DNA of 64,000 nucleotides from Pyrinomonadaceae bacterium (GTDB lineage: Bacteria; Acidobacteriota; Blastocatellia; Pyrinomonadales; Pyrinomonadaceae), in the NCBI GenBank assembly GCA_041394785.1, contig JAWKHO010000014.1, forward strand, positions 20,101 to 84,100. The letters run 5' to 3'. Shown here piece after piece: positions 19,502-29,500 of this stretch. The notes under the pieces were generated by a model. That model did not search any database, was not told the DNA's origin, and saw only the letters and a program-made list of their open reading frames with translations. How positions within the stretch are numbered: the first letter of the stretch is position 1; each line of letters begins with the position of its first letter. The translations under genes and the position numbers were made by a program.

Positions 19502-19590
19502 GATGCAATGAAGTTGATCTCACCACTGACTTTTTGAGCTGCTGATATGATCAACAGTTGAAAAAACAAAGAATCCCGATGAGATCAACT

Positions 19591-20616
19591 ATGAACACAT
19601 TATACATTGGGGTTGATTTTCACCCCTACTCGCAAGTAGTAGCATATATCAGCAAAGATGATGGCGAAATTAAATACCGGTCATTTGACCATTCCGACAA
19701 AAAGTCTCTTCGGAAATTCTACAAAGAGGCAGCTCGTGATTCGATTATCGGAATCGAAGCCACCGGTTCAACACAGTGGTTTGAAAAGATGCTTAACTCG
19801 ATGGGACACACATTGAAAACAGGAAACCCGAGATTGATTCGTCGGATGGCACTCTCTTATCACAAGAGCGACTATCGTGACGCCGAGACTATCCTGGATC
19901 TTCTGGTTAACGGCGTGTTTCCCGAGGTGGAACCGAGATGCGAACAATCGCAGTTGGTTCTATATCTTTTGCGTCAGCGGCAATCGATGGTTCAGCAGCG
20001 GACGGCAAATGCCAATGCTCTTCAGTCTTTTGCCAGAAGAAAGGGTCTCAAGCGTTTTCGTATAAAGCTCAAGAGGGCAAAAGAAATGCTTTTGGAAGCC
20101 TCTGAGAATGAGACTGAGGAATTCATGCTTCGTTCCCGCTTCAAAGTCTACGAACTCTTGTCGGAAGAGATCACTGAGGCAGAAGCGGTGCTTGAAAAGT
20201 ATGCTGCCGATGATGAACGGGTATCGCTTGTCGAAACTCATTCGGGAATCGGTCTTCTGACATCCCTTTGTTTGGTTCATACTCTCGGAGATGTGAGCCG
20301 TTTTGAGCGACCTGCTCAAGTCGCTTCTTTTGTCGGATTTGACCCTATAAATAAGTCATCCGGAGAAAAGAAAAGAATAGGTGAAATAAGTAAAAGGGGT
20401 TCCCGGTTGATGCGTTTTCTGCTTGTCCAGGCTGTACATACGACAAAAGACAAACGCATCCGGGAGTTCTACACAAGAGTTAGCCGCCGACGGGGCATGC
20501 CGATAGCGAAAGTCGCTGCGGCCCGAAAGCTACTGATCAATTGTTACATCATGCTAAGAGATGAAATCGATTATCAGGAATTTTGTCGGCGGGGCGAAGT
20601 TGGTTTGTGCGAGTAG
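19591..20616 (+). CDS. IS110-family DEDD transposase/recombinase
   Basis: The N-terminus MNTLYIGVDFH is the DEDD RuvC-like start. The C-terminus THSGIGLLTSLCLVHTLGDVSRFERPAQVASFVGFDPINKSSGEK is the Transposase_20 signature. The ORF is open from 19558. Confidence 0.9.
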   Translation: MNTLYIGVDFHPYSQVVAYISKDDGEIKYRSFDHSDKKSLRKFYKEAARDSIIGIEATGSTQWFEKMLNSMGHTLKTGNPRLIRRMALSYHKSDYRDAETILDLLVNGVFPEVEPRCEQSQLVLYLLRQRQSMVQQRTANANALQSFARRKGLKRFRIKLKRAKEMLLEASENETEEFMLRSRFKVYELLSEEITEAEAVLEKYAADDERVSLVETHSGIGLLTSLCLVHTLGDVSRFERPAQVASFVGFDPINKSSGEKKRIGEISKRGSRLMRFLLVQAVHTTKDKRIREFYTRVSRRRGMPIAKVAAARKLLINCYIMLRDEIDYQEFCRRGEVGLCE

Positions 20617-20914
20617 CCCAATAAAGGAGCGCGAAGTTTGCGCTTCCTCGTTGCCGTGATGGCACGACCAGCCCTTTCAGACGGGATTCGTCTGAATTGA
20701 ACGAAGCAAGTTTCATGTAGCGGCTGTTTTTATAGCTTGCTCGAATAGATGATTGCAGTCGCCTTAACTGGCGTTACCGCAATTGAAACAAGACATCTAA
20801 CTTAAAAAAGGAGCTTCGGGCATTGTTTGTTTTTTCAAAGAAGTCAGTTAAATTCCAGTGGTGCATCGGCGCCAGCGGAGAGTTGCGCTTGACCTTAAGA
20901 TCAACTTCATAGAT
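20617..20914 (+). ncRNA. Candidate IS-encoded guide RNA (bridge RNA / seekRNA) region
   Basis: A 298-nt non-coding right end contains several hairpins, for example cagacg-ggatt-cgtctg at 20678..20694. It contains gccgtgatg (20653..20661), identical to the left IS-target junction, and atagatg (20745..20751), identical to the right junction. No structure model was run. Confidence 0.35.
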
Positions 20915-21067
20915 GGGCTACAATCTATCGCCATTTTCAATGGCTTGGAACGGATGACTGGTCAATCAATAAGTTTTTAACAAGAGATTGCAAAAGATTT
21001 CCCCATTTATTTTCCATCATCGATCAAGACTTATAGATTTCACAAAAACCGAAAACAATCTCAAGTT

Positions 21068-22174
21068 TTAAGTCTCTAAACACTTCTGATAAATTTCTTC
21101 TGTTCTCCCGATCATTCGATCCAAACTGAATCTCTCTTTTGCGATCCTTTGAGAAATTGCTCCGAATTCTCTTCTTTTTGCTTCGTCGCCCAAAAGCGCA
21201 CAGATATTTTTCGCAAGATCTACCGGATCTTTGACCGCCGTAAGAAAACCGCTTTTATCGTGATCGATCAATTCCTTCGCGCCGCCGGTTTCTGTCGAAA
21301 CGACCGCTGTTCCGGATGCCATCGCTTCGAGTATCGCGAGTCCGAAACTCTCGGAATGCGAAGGCGAAACAAAAACATCAAGTGCTGACAGAAGCGGCGT
21401 AGTGTCTTCAACCCAATCGAGAAATGTAAATTGTTTTTCAAGACCGAACACCTTTACCAGTCTTTTCAGCTTTCTCCGGTAATTCTGATCGATCGAATTA
21501 TCCACGCCGACGATCACAAAATGCGTATCGGGAAATTCTTTTACGATCTCACCGGCTGCGATCACAAGATCTTCCTGACCTTTGAGCGGTTTGAGTTCGC
21601 CGACGGTTCCGACTACCGGAACATCAAACGGAATGTTGCGTTCAAAACGGAATTCCCGGGAAAGTTTTTTGCGATCTTTTTCTTCAAACGATGCAATGTC
21701 GATCCCGTTTGGAACGCAGACCACCTTTTCTTTCGGAAAAGTTTTCAGAAGATTGGCTTCAACCGCTGAGGAAACCGCGATCGCTTTTTCGACATTGCTC
21801 AGAACCAGTTTGTGAAGATTTTTCATCGGAAAGAGTACATGACGCGTAACGATCAGTTTTGAGCGCGGATAAAGTCTTACAGCCATGCTCGCCGGAGGAT
21901 AATCTCTAGCCAGATGGGCATGGACGATATCGATCTTCCGCTTCTTCAGAAACCGTGAAATATTGTGCGCCGAGAGAAGATCGAGTGAATTTCGAAGGGA
22001 TGTGTGCAGGATATGGTCTGCCGGAATAAAATTGAGCTTTTCTTCAAACCCATTGTCCGCACGCATCGCGACAAAAACCTCGTGTCCTTTTGCGCGCAGT
22101 CCGCGGCACAGATCAACAAGATGTTTCTCACCGCCGCCAAAATTTTTTGCCGAAGAAATTTGAAGGATTTTCAT
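21068..22174 (-). CDS. Glycosyltransferase family 4 (GT-B, group 1)
   Basis: The start MKILQISSAKNFGGGEKH and the motif SESFGLAILEAMASGTAVV (EX7E region). Confidence 0.8.
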   Translation of the reverse strand: MKILQISSAKNFGGGEKHLVDLCRGLRAKGHEVFVAMRADNGFEEKLNFIPADHILHTSLRNSLDLLSAHNISRFLKKRKIDIVHAHLARDYPPASMAVRLYPRSKLIVTRHVLFPMKNLHKLVLSNVEKAIAVSSAVEANLLKTFPKEKVVCVPNGIDIASFEEKDRKKLSREFRFERNIPFDVPVVGTVGELKPLKGQEDLVIAAGEIVKEFPDTHFVIVGVDNSIDQNYRRKLKRLVKVFGLEKQFTFLDWVEDTTPLLSALDVFVSPSHSESFGLAILEAMASGTAVVSTETGGAKELIDHDKSGFLTAVKDPVDLAKNICALLGDEAKRREFGAISQRIAKERFSLDRMIGRTEEIYQKCLET

Positions 22175-22240
22175 CTTTGAAGAATTAAACCGCAAAGGAT
22201 ACCAAGGACGCAAAGATGGGTGTGATTTTTAGACAAAAAA

Positions 22241-22470
22241 GAGGCTGTCTGAAAAGTCCAAATTAAGCGGTGAAACCGCAAATAGAAAGTAGCCAGATGT
22301 GAAACATCTGGAATGTGTTGGTTAAAAATCAAGCCCTGAAGGGGCGTAAGAACTGCTTTCTTACGCCCCTTCAGGGCTTATAACCAATCGTCGATCTTTC
22401 CAGATGTTTCACATCTGGCTACTTTCGGTATGCCGCTTCACGGCAAAAAGATGGCTTTTCAGACAGCCTC
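22241..22470. repeat. 230-bp hairpin-mosaic palindromic element, copy C (appears identical to 59916..60145)
   Basis: gaggctgtctgaaaag...cttttcagacagcctc outer stem. Internal paired blocks are gaaagtagccagatgtgaaacatctggaa and aagccctgaaggggcgtaagaa with their complements. A-run on the left and T-run on the right. Confidence 0.9.
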
Positions 22471-22481
22471 ATTTTTTGGAC

Positions 22482-22513
22482 AAAAAAAGCGCGCTTTCCT
22501 GAGAAAGCGCGCT
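22482..22513 (-). terminator. Rho-independent terminator of TonB-dependent receptor 1
   Basis: On the minus strand, agcgcgctttc-tcag-gaaagcgcgct is followed by ttttttt. Confidence 0.75.
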
Positions 22514-22551
22514 GAATCAATCTTCCGGTTGTTGAGCCGGAATTCGCATTC

Positions 22552-25500
22552 TTAGTTAAATGTATAACGCAGACCGATCTGAATGCGGTAAACGTCGCCA
22601 ACACCGGCTGTATCTCTGTACGGTCCTGCGATCAGTTGAGAGCCGAAATTACGCAGACGGTACAGCGCACGACCTTGAGCATCCGCACCGCGTGCGATAA
22701 GCGGCTGCGTTGAATTGAACGCCGTGCCGACACCCCAGTTATGGTTGAGCAGGTTTCCGAAATTAAGGATATCCGCTCTTACCTGGAATGCGTGCTTTGT
22801 GCTTCCCCATTTTACAAAAATGTCCTGAGCTACACTGAAATCGATATTTGTCGTAAACGGAAGGAACGCAGCACCTCTCTGGGCATACTGACCTCTGTTC
22901 TTCGACAGATATGAATCCGCTTCGATAAACGCGTTCCATGCTGCCTGTTGCTGAGCTACCGTAAATGTAGTTCCGCTCGAGGTAAACTGTTCAAAGTTCA
23001 TCTCAGACGCATCTCTCGGAATGTAGATCAGGTCGTTGCTCGTACCGCCGTCGCCGTTAAGATCGCCGCTGAAGGTATAGCTGCCGTTTCCTGCCGTTCT
23101 GGTTTCCCAAAACGCGGCAACGGTTGTTTGACCAAATCCGAAGTATTCCTTGCTGTATGAGAAGGTACCGAAGAAACGGTGTCCTGCAGAAGCAGCACTG
23201 AATCCAACTCCCGGATTGTTCGGATCACCCGAATGCTGATTGTTGTTCCATGAACCGAAAGCGATCGAACCGGGATCTACGGTGTTCTTTGATTCACCGT
23301 ACGCGTATGCACCCTTTGCCCAAAATCCGTTTGAAAACGGCTTTTCGAGTGTGAAAGCAAGATTCCACGTGTTGCCTACATCTTGATTCTTAAGAACAAC
23401 CGCACTTGTGATGTTGCCGTTGATACGGTTGGAAACAGTCCATCGGGGTCTTGTATCCGCACCGTTAAACGCCGTATTCGGAGCCGAAAGATTTGCATTG
23501 ATGTAATAAACACCATTTACGTCTTTTGAGTAAAGGTACTCGGCACCTGCGATCAGGCCAAACGGAATTTTTACGTCAACTGCTACGTTTGAACGCCAGA
23601 TCTGCGGAAACTTAAAGCTCGGTTCCGTCAAAGCTAGTTCGTACGAAGCAGCCGGCGCACCGGTGACAGTCGTCGGTTTGTATCGGTTCGGATCAGGATT
23701 GAACGGTCTGATAAATGTATTGTCGAATTGTTCAAATCCGGTCAAGACACCGTTGTTGCCGATCTGATTCGAGATCCAAACATAAGCGGGTTTACCCGTA
23801 AATACACCGGTTCCGCCGCGGACCTGAACCCTTCCGCCTTCAAACGGCGTCCAGTTAAATCCTACTCTCGGCGACCAAAGCACATTCGCATCGGGCAGTT
23901 TTTCTGTCTGATACTGAACGGTTTGACCGTTTTCATCACGGAAGTTCAATGCATTTGCCTGAGCATTTGTAAATCCTGTTTCGGCAAAGAACGGAATATC
24001 AGCTCTCAGACCGTAGGTAAACGAGAAGTTGTCTCTTACCTTCCAGTTGTCCTGTCCGTAAAAACCGACATAGTCAACTTCAAGCGGCTGAATCGGCTTA
24101 TCGAGACCCGGGATATTTGAATACCGGACCTGGAACCGTCTCAGGCTGACAGGTGAAACGAGTCGGTTCGGGTTTGCGATAAAATCGAGCGCGTCAGTGT
24201 AAAAATCGTTAAGCGAGTTATAGACGTACGCACTTTGCGAACCCGGGAAGAATACGTTTTCAGATTTGTAACGCTCGTAGCTTACACCGGCTGTGATCGT
24301 ATGTGCACCGCGGTAAAAGGTCAGGTTGTCCTGGATCTGGAGCGAATTGTATCGGAGTTCGTTGTTTGGCGTGAACGGCTCAAAACCAAAACTGGTGTAT
24401 GTTGAACCGCCTTCGAGGATGTCGACCAGCGGAAAGAATGTTCCCTTAAAGCCGCGGCTTTCATCCTGTTTTGTATATCCGACGATCAGGTTGTTTGAGA
24501 TCTGACTGCCAATTGTTGTATTCCATTCACCTACGATCGATTTGATATTTTCCAGGATCTGATAATTTGAATTTTCAAAGTTCAGCGAGTTCAGATTTGT
24601 ACGACGGTTACCAAATCCGAGAGACGATGAATTTGATTCAAGTACATCGGTGCTCGAATCGAGCTGGATATAACGAATACTCATTCGGTTTGTCGAATTA
24701 ATATTGTAATCAGAACGGAAAAGATATTTCTCCGCCGGTGTAGCATGTGTATATCCCTGGTATCCGCCCGTATCGTAATTGAAGTTCGTTGCCAGGAAGT
24801 TGCTCAAGCCGTCAAGATCTGAAGCCAGAACACGCGTCGTGTTGCCGCCGATCGCCTGTCCTCCGGTGTTTGCAACAAAGTTTGTCGCCGGACCGGTGGT
24901 GTTTTCGTTCTCATAGCTGAAGAAGAAAAAGAGCTTGTTTTTGCCCGAGATAAACATCGGACCGTTGTTCTCACCAAAGTTAAAGAACGGAAGAGGACCG
25001 CCGATGCGGAAACCCCAGTTCTTAAAATCGAATTCGCCCGGATCGAAAGCGTTGTCGCCTGCTTCCTTACCTACCAGGCTCGGCTTGCGGAACAAATAGT
25101 AAACGGAACCGCTGTAAGTATTCGTACCGCTTTTTGTTACCGTATTAACACCGGCACCTACAAAATTCCCCTGACGAACGTCGTATGGCGAAACATTTAC
25201 CTGGATCGCTTCAACCGCATCGAGCGAGATCGGCGAAACTCCGGTACGGTCACCGGGCTGGCCGGCGAGTCCGAAAGAGTTGTTAAAATATGAACCGTCA
25301 ACGGTGATGTTGTTCAGACGGTTGTCCTGACCGGCAAATGATCCTCCGCCGCCTGCCTGCGGTGTAAGTCTCGTAAAATCATTGAGCCGGCGGTTGATCG
25401 TCGGCAGCGTTTCTACGAGCTGCGTGCTGATCGTTGTTGCAGCACCGGTTCGCGATTCACTAAAGATCTCGTTATCGCTGCCGGTTACTTCAACTACTTC

Positions 25501-25875
25501 GCTGATCGCATTGTTCAGCGTAAAATTAACGGTCGCTGCGGTTCCAAGACTAAGCTGAATATTCTCAACCTTTTGCTCATTAAAACCGGGCTGGATCGTT
25601 TTTACCGTGTAGGGTCCGCCGACACGCATCCCGGGGATCGAAAAACGGCCGGAATCATTTGTCGTCGCCGTATAAACCGTTCCCGAAGGCAAGTGTTCTG
25701 CCTCAACGGTTGCACCGGCTACAGGATTTCCCTGATCATCGACTACGCGTCCGACCATCTCAGATGTTGTAACCTGAGCTGATACGGACAAAGTAAACGC
25801 AAAAATGCCTGCCAAAAGCACGGTCAGTGCCCGGCGCATTAAAGTATTATTAATCATCGTGGTTTTTAACCTCAT
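22552..25875 (-). CDS. TonB-dependent outer-membrane receptor with N-terminal carboxypeptidase-regulatory-like domain
   Basis: Signal peptide, then GRVVDDQGNPVAGATVEA...SGRFSIPGMRVGGPYTV (CarboxypepD_reg). A roughly 1000-aa beta-rich body with an aromatic C-terminus ...LRYTFN. Confidence 0.85.
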   Translation of the reverse strand: MRLKTTMINNTLMRRALTVLLAGIFAFTLSVSAQVTTSEMVGRVVDDQGNPVAGATVEAEHLPSGTVYTATTNDSGRFSIPGMRVGGPYTVKTIQPGFNEQKVENIQLSLGTAATVNFTLNNAISEVVEVTGSDNEIFSESRTGAATTISTQLVETLPTINRRLNDFTRLTPQAGGGGSFAGQDNRLNNITVDGSYFNNSFGLAGQPGDRTGVSPISLDAVEAIQVNVSPYDVRQGNFVGAGVNTVTKSGTNTYSGSVYYLFRKPSLVGKEAGDNAFDPGEFDFKNWGFRIGGPLPFFNFGENNGPMFISGKNKLFFFFSYENENTTGPATNFVANTGGQAIGGNTTRVLASDLDGLSNFLATNFNYDTGGYQGYTHATPAEKYLFRSDYNINSTNRMSIRYIQLDSSTDVLESNSSSLGFGNRRTNLNSLNFENSNYQILENIKSIVGEWNTTIGSQISNNLIVGYTKQDESRGFKGTFFPLVDILEGGSTYTSFGFEPFTPNNELRYNSLQIQDNLTFYRGAHTITAGVSYERYKSENVFFPGSQSAYVYNSLNDFYTDALDFIANPNRLVSPVSLRRFQVRYSNIPGLDKPIQPLEVDYVGFYGQDNWKVRDNFSFTYGLRADIPFFAETGFTNAQANALNFRDENGQTVQYQTEKLPDANVLWSPRVGFNWTPFEGGRVQVRGGTGVFTGKPAYVWISNQIGNNGVLTGFEQFDNTFIRPFNPDPNRYKPTTVTGAPAASYELALTEPSFKFPQIWRSNVAVDVKIPFGLIAGAEYLYSKDVNGVYYINANLSAPNTAFNGADTRPRWTVSNRINGNITSAVVLKNQDVGNTWNLAFTLEKPFSNGFWAKGAYAYGESKNTVDPGSIAFGSWNNNQHSGDPNNPGVGFSAASAGHRFFGTFSYSKEYFGFGQTTVAAFWETRTAGNGSYTFSGDLNGDGGTSNDLIYIPRDASEMNFEQFTSSGTTFTVAQQQAAWNAFIEADSYLSKNRGQYAQRGAAFLPFTTNIDFSVAQDIFVKWGSTKHAFQVRADILNFGNLLNHNWGVGTAFNSTQPLIARGADAQGRALYRLRNFGSQLIAGPYRDTAGVGDVYRIQIGLRYTFN

Positions 25876-26497
25876 TGTTTTATATTTCCTCGTCGAATAA
25901 ATGCGTTCAAATCAAACAAACGGAATGCACCTTTTCGCGGTTTGTATCTACTTAATATTTCTGACAGTTAGTATTGCTCTGAAAACCCTCAGGTTTTCTG
26001 CCTATTCGCCGGCTATCTGTCCGATTCCGGCTGACGATCTATTCCGAGCAGTGTGCAATACAAAAATTTTTGGAAAATTGCTAAATGTAAATTCTGAAGC
26101 AGACTTTACCGGTCGATCTTATTTTGCCTCTTCAATGTTAAATAAATGTGATATTTCCGCACTCTGCTCATTTTTTGTGATCCGCCCGAAATATCCGAAA
26201 ACTTGAAGAATCTTCCGATATTCTGATTATTTATTGCGGATCCCGGCCGGAAAATCAGCGTAAAAACCCTTGTTTTGTTCCCGTCTCCCGTGTCATGTCC
26301 GTAGTTATCCGAAAGCTAAATGTTGGGAATGCACACCTTCAGGTTTTTTCGACCATGCGCATCTGAAATCGCTTATATATTCATTAAAAATTTCTTGATT
26401 ATCGCCGAAAATCTTAGGCAATTTGGGTACCGAAAAATCAGCATTTTTGCGGCGGAATTTATTTGGCCCTGCGGCATGAAATATTCTCAAAACCGCA

Positions 26498-26531
26498 AAG
26501 AAAAAAGACGCGGTCTCAGATCGAGACCGCG
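26498..26531 (-). terminator. Rho-independent terminator of TonB-dependent receptor 2
   Basis: Stem gcggtctc / gagaccgc (26510..26517 and 26523..26530), followed on the minus strand by a T-rich run. Confidence 0.7.
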
Positions 26532-26561
26532 CCGAATAATCTTCCGATGATCAATCACCGG

Positions 26562-29500
26562 TTAGAAATTAAAGCGGGCTGCAAATTGAATTTGCCGTTC
26601 GCGGAAAATCGAGTTTCCGGCTTCGGTCGGTACGCCGAATGTCGACGCATTGTACGTCAGACGGCTGACCCCTGCTGTCGTCGATATCGCATACGCCGTG
26701 GATCCGGCATTGGTTATGTTCTGCCGGTTGAAGATATTAAATCCTTCGGCAAAGATCTCGATGTTAGACGTTTCGGTTAACCGGAACCGGCGCGAAAGTC
26801 TGAGATCCATGTTGAAAATATACGGCAAACGGAACGTATTTGGCGGTAAATTCGGAAGACGGTTTGCACCGCCCGCGCCGAGAATACCGGTACTGATCCC
26901 TGAAGGAGCGTTGCCGGTTACGCCTGCTGAAAACGGCCGGCCCGATTGAATCGTGACGATCGGCGAGAAGGTAAATCCTCCGAGGATCGCTCTTCCCGTT
27001 TTTGAGCCTGAACCTAATCCAAACAGGGTTTTTGGTGCGTAAACCGCGCTGGCCACGAACCGGTGCGGTATATCGAGACTCGATGTTCCGTATTCCAGGT
27101 CCGGATTATTCGGATCAAGCGGAATATTCGGATTTGTGAAAGTTGTCGATGTTTGACCATTGTCTTCGGCATCCGAATACGTATAGCTCGCCTGAAACTG
27201 GAGACCTTCGGTCAAGCGGCGGTTTAACTGAATTACCAGCCCGTAATAGTCCGACCCGATCGTATCTCTGATCTCGGTGATCCGCCCGAAATTTGCGTTC
27301 GGGCGGGATCCCGTGTATCTCGGTGTCGTTATAGTTTGTCCGTCAAACGGTCCGCCGACAAATGTGTAGTTTGTTACAGCTGCCGGAAGCGGAAGATTTG
27401 TGTCAACAAATGTCGGAAGATTTCTGCCGACGCTGATCAATCCCGAAACCGAAACCACCGTATTCTTGGCGATCATCCGCTCAAACACAACATCCATCTG
27501 ATGGATCATTGGATTTTGCATGCCGTCCTTAAAAACAACGATGTCCGGCCGGCTTCCGGCAACATTCGGCGGAGCAGCCAAAATATTCGGATACAGCGGA
27601 GAACCGGCCTGAGACGGTATCAGACTATACTGGATCTGACTCGCCGCAACACCCGTATTGGTGATCGCGTTTGATATCGTCGAATTGATCAGCCTTCCGT
27701 AATAAAGACCGTAGCCGGCGCGAATAGAAGTTTTACCGTCTCCGGTCGCATCTATGGCAAAACCGATACGCGGTCCGAAATTATTCTTGTCACCCGGAAA
27801 ATTTGACGTTCTGCCTTCAAGAGCATTTGGAATTTGCGGCTCAGGCAGACTCTGGAGCTCGTATCTCAAGCCAAAATTCAGTGCCAGAGTAGGCGTCAGA
27901 CGAATGTCATCCTGAATAAAGAAGTTATAGTCATTTGTTGAAAATTCGAAAGCCGTCGGACCAAATCCCTGATTGAAACTCGTGTATCGCTTGAGAGCGG
28001 GATTTGCATAATCCGAAAGAAATTCGACGATGTTCGAATAACTGTAAGCTCCTGCATTTTGGAAAAGATTGTCCAAAACGTCTGAAACGTTGTTGTAGTC
28101 TCCGCCGAATTTCAGAGTGTGTCTGCCTTTGATAAAAGTTGTCGAATTGGCAAACTGCAGCCGCTTCTCATCAGGATATGCAGCACGGTCAAGAAAATTC
28201 GGCTTACCAAATGTAAAGCCTCCGGTTCCTATCGCTACTGAAGGCGAGAAACCGTTCGCCGTCGTCGGTTCACCCGGAGCGGGCGGCTGTCCGAACTGCT
28301 GTTCGAGGTCTCGCGAATACTGAAAGCGCGCTTCGTTCAATACATTGGAACTGAAAGTCGAATTGAGACGCGCATTAAAGGTATCAAGCGTGACCTTGTC
28401 GTCGCCAAAACTGGCGATTCCCCGAGTAACAACCGCTGCCGATTGAACACCTGCCGGCGAATCTGCGCGGAGCCGGTTATAAACGGCAGAAAAAGTGTGT
28501 TTGTCGTTGATCACCCAATCGATCTTGGGCAGCAGCAATAGCTGATCACCGCGTCGTGCAACTTCGCCATTTAAGCTTTGGAGAAATGTAATACCCGCAT
28601 TGATCTGCGCCGTCGTTACACCGCGTCCGGTCAGCGTTGCCGTTTGTGCCGGGGTCAGATTGTAGAATGTCAGCGAACTCGGAGCGGAAACGGCGGGAAA
28701 GCTGCGACGCTGCTGATCGTAACTAAAGAAGAAAAACAGCTTATCCTTTACGATCGGACCCCCGATCGAACCGCCGAACTGGTGTCTGACGTCTTCCGGT
28801 TTTAATCCGACCGTCTGTGTGCCCGTGGGAGTAGTGATCGTCTGAAACGCAAAAGCATTGCGTGCACCGAATTTATTGTCGCGCAAATAATAAAAAGCAG
28901 ACCCGTGAAATTCGTTGGTGCCGCTCTTGGTTACCGTATTTACCACGCCGCCGGCAGCTCTGCCGAACTCCGCCGAATAGTTCGAGGTATTGACCTGAAA
29001 TTCCCGAACGGCATCCTGGCTGATCGATGAACTGATCCGTGTTCTTCCGCGTTCTTCGGAAAAGAAGGCCTGATTATTGTCGCCGCCGTCAACGGTACTG
29101 TTGTTCAGCAGACCGGAAATCCCGCGAAAACTGATCAGACCAAAGCCTCCGTCAGGAGCCACGCCCGGCGTCAGGAGCACAAAGCTAGACGCGCGGCGGC
29201 CGTTTATCGGCAGTTCGCTGATCGACGTTTGATTGATATTGTTTGAGAAATCCTGCTGACTCGTGTTGATCACCGGAGCTTCAGCGGAAACATCGACTAC
29301 CGCATTCGCACCCGCAACACCCAAAACTATCTCGACCGGTGTAGCCGCACCGACCTCGACGATCACATTCTCCTGCCGGAAGTTTTCAAACCCGGCTACT
29401 TCGACCTCGACCGCGTAGTTGCCCGGCTGAAGATTTGTCACGCGGAAACTCCCGTCATCTGTCGCGGTTGAATTGACGGTACGGTTTGTTCCCATATTGG

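Larger units (their letters stand above)
19502..20914 (+). mobile_element. IS110-family insertion sequence with IS1111-type layout (about 1.41 kb)
   Basis: The ends were inferred from the interrupted palindrome arm (uncertainty of a few nt). Subterminal 13-bp inverted repeats are atgaagttgatct (19508..19520) and agatcaacttcat (20898..20910). GAT is present at both ends. The 5' non-coding end is short and the 3' non-coding end is long. Confidence 0.75.

Noticed and set aside
20889-20914. Circle-junction promoter of the IS (TTGACC at the right end paired with a -10 at the left end)
   Set aside because: The -35-like hexamer is present, but the best -10 candidates across the inferred junction (GATGCA or TGCAAT) give poor matches or a 19-nt spacer. 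It is not reported as a feature and is only mentioned as a possibility.
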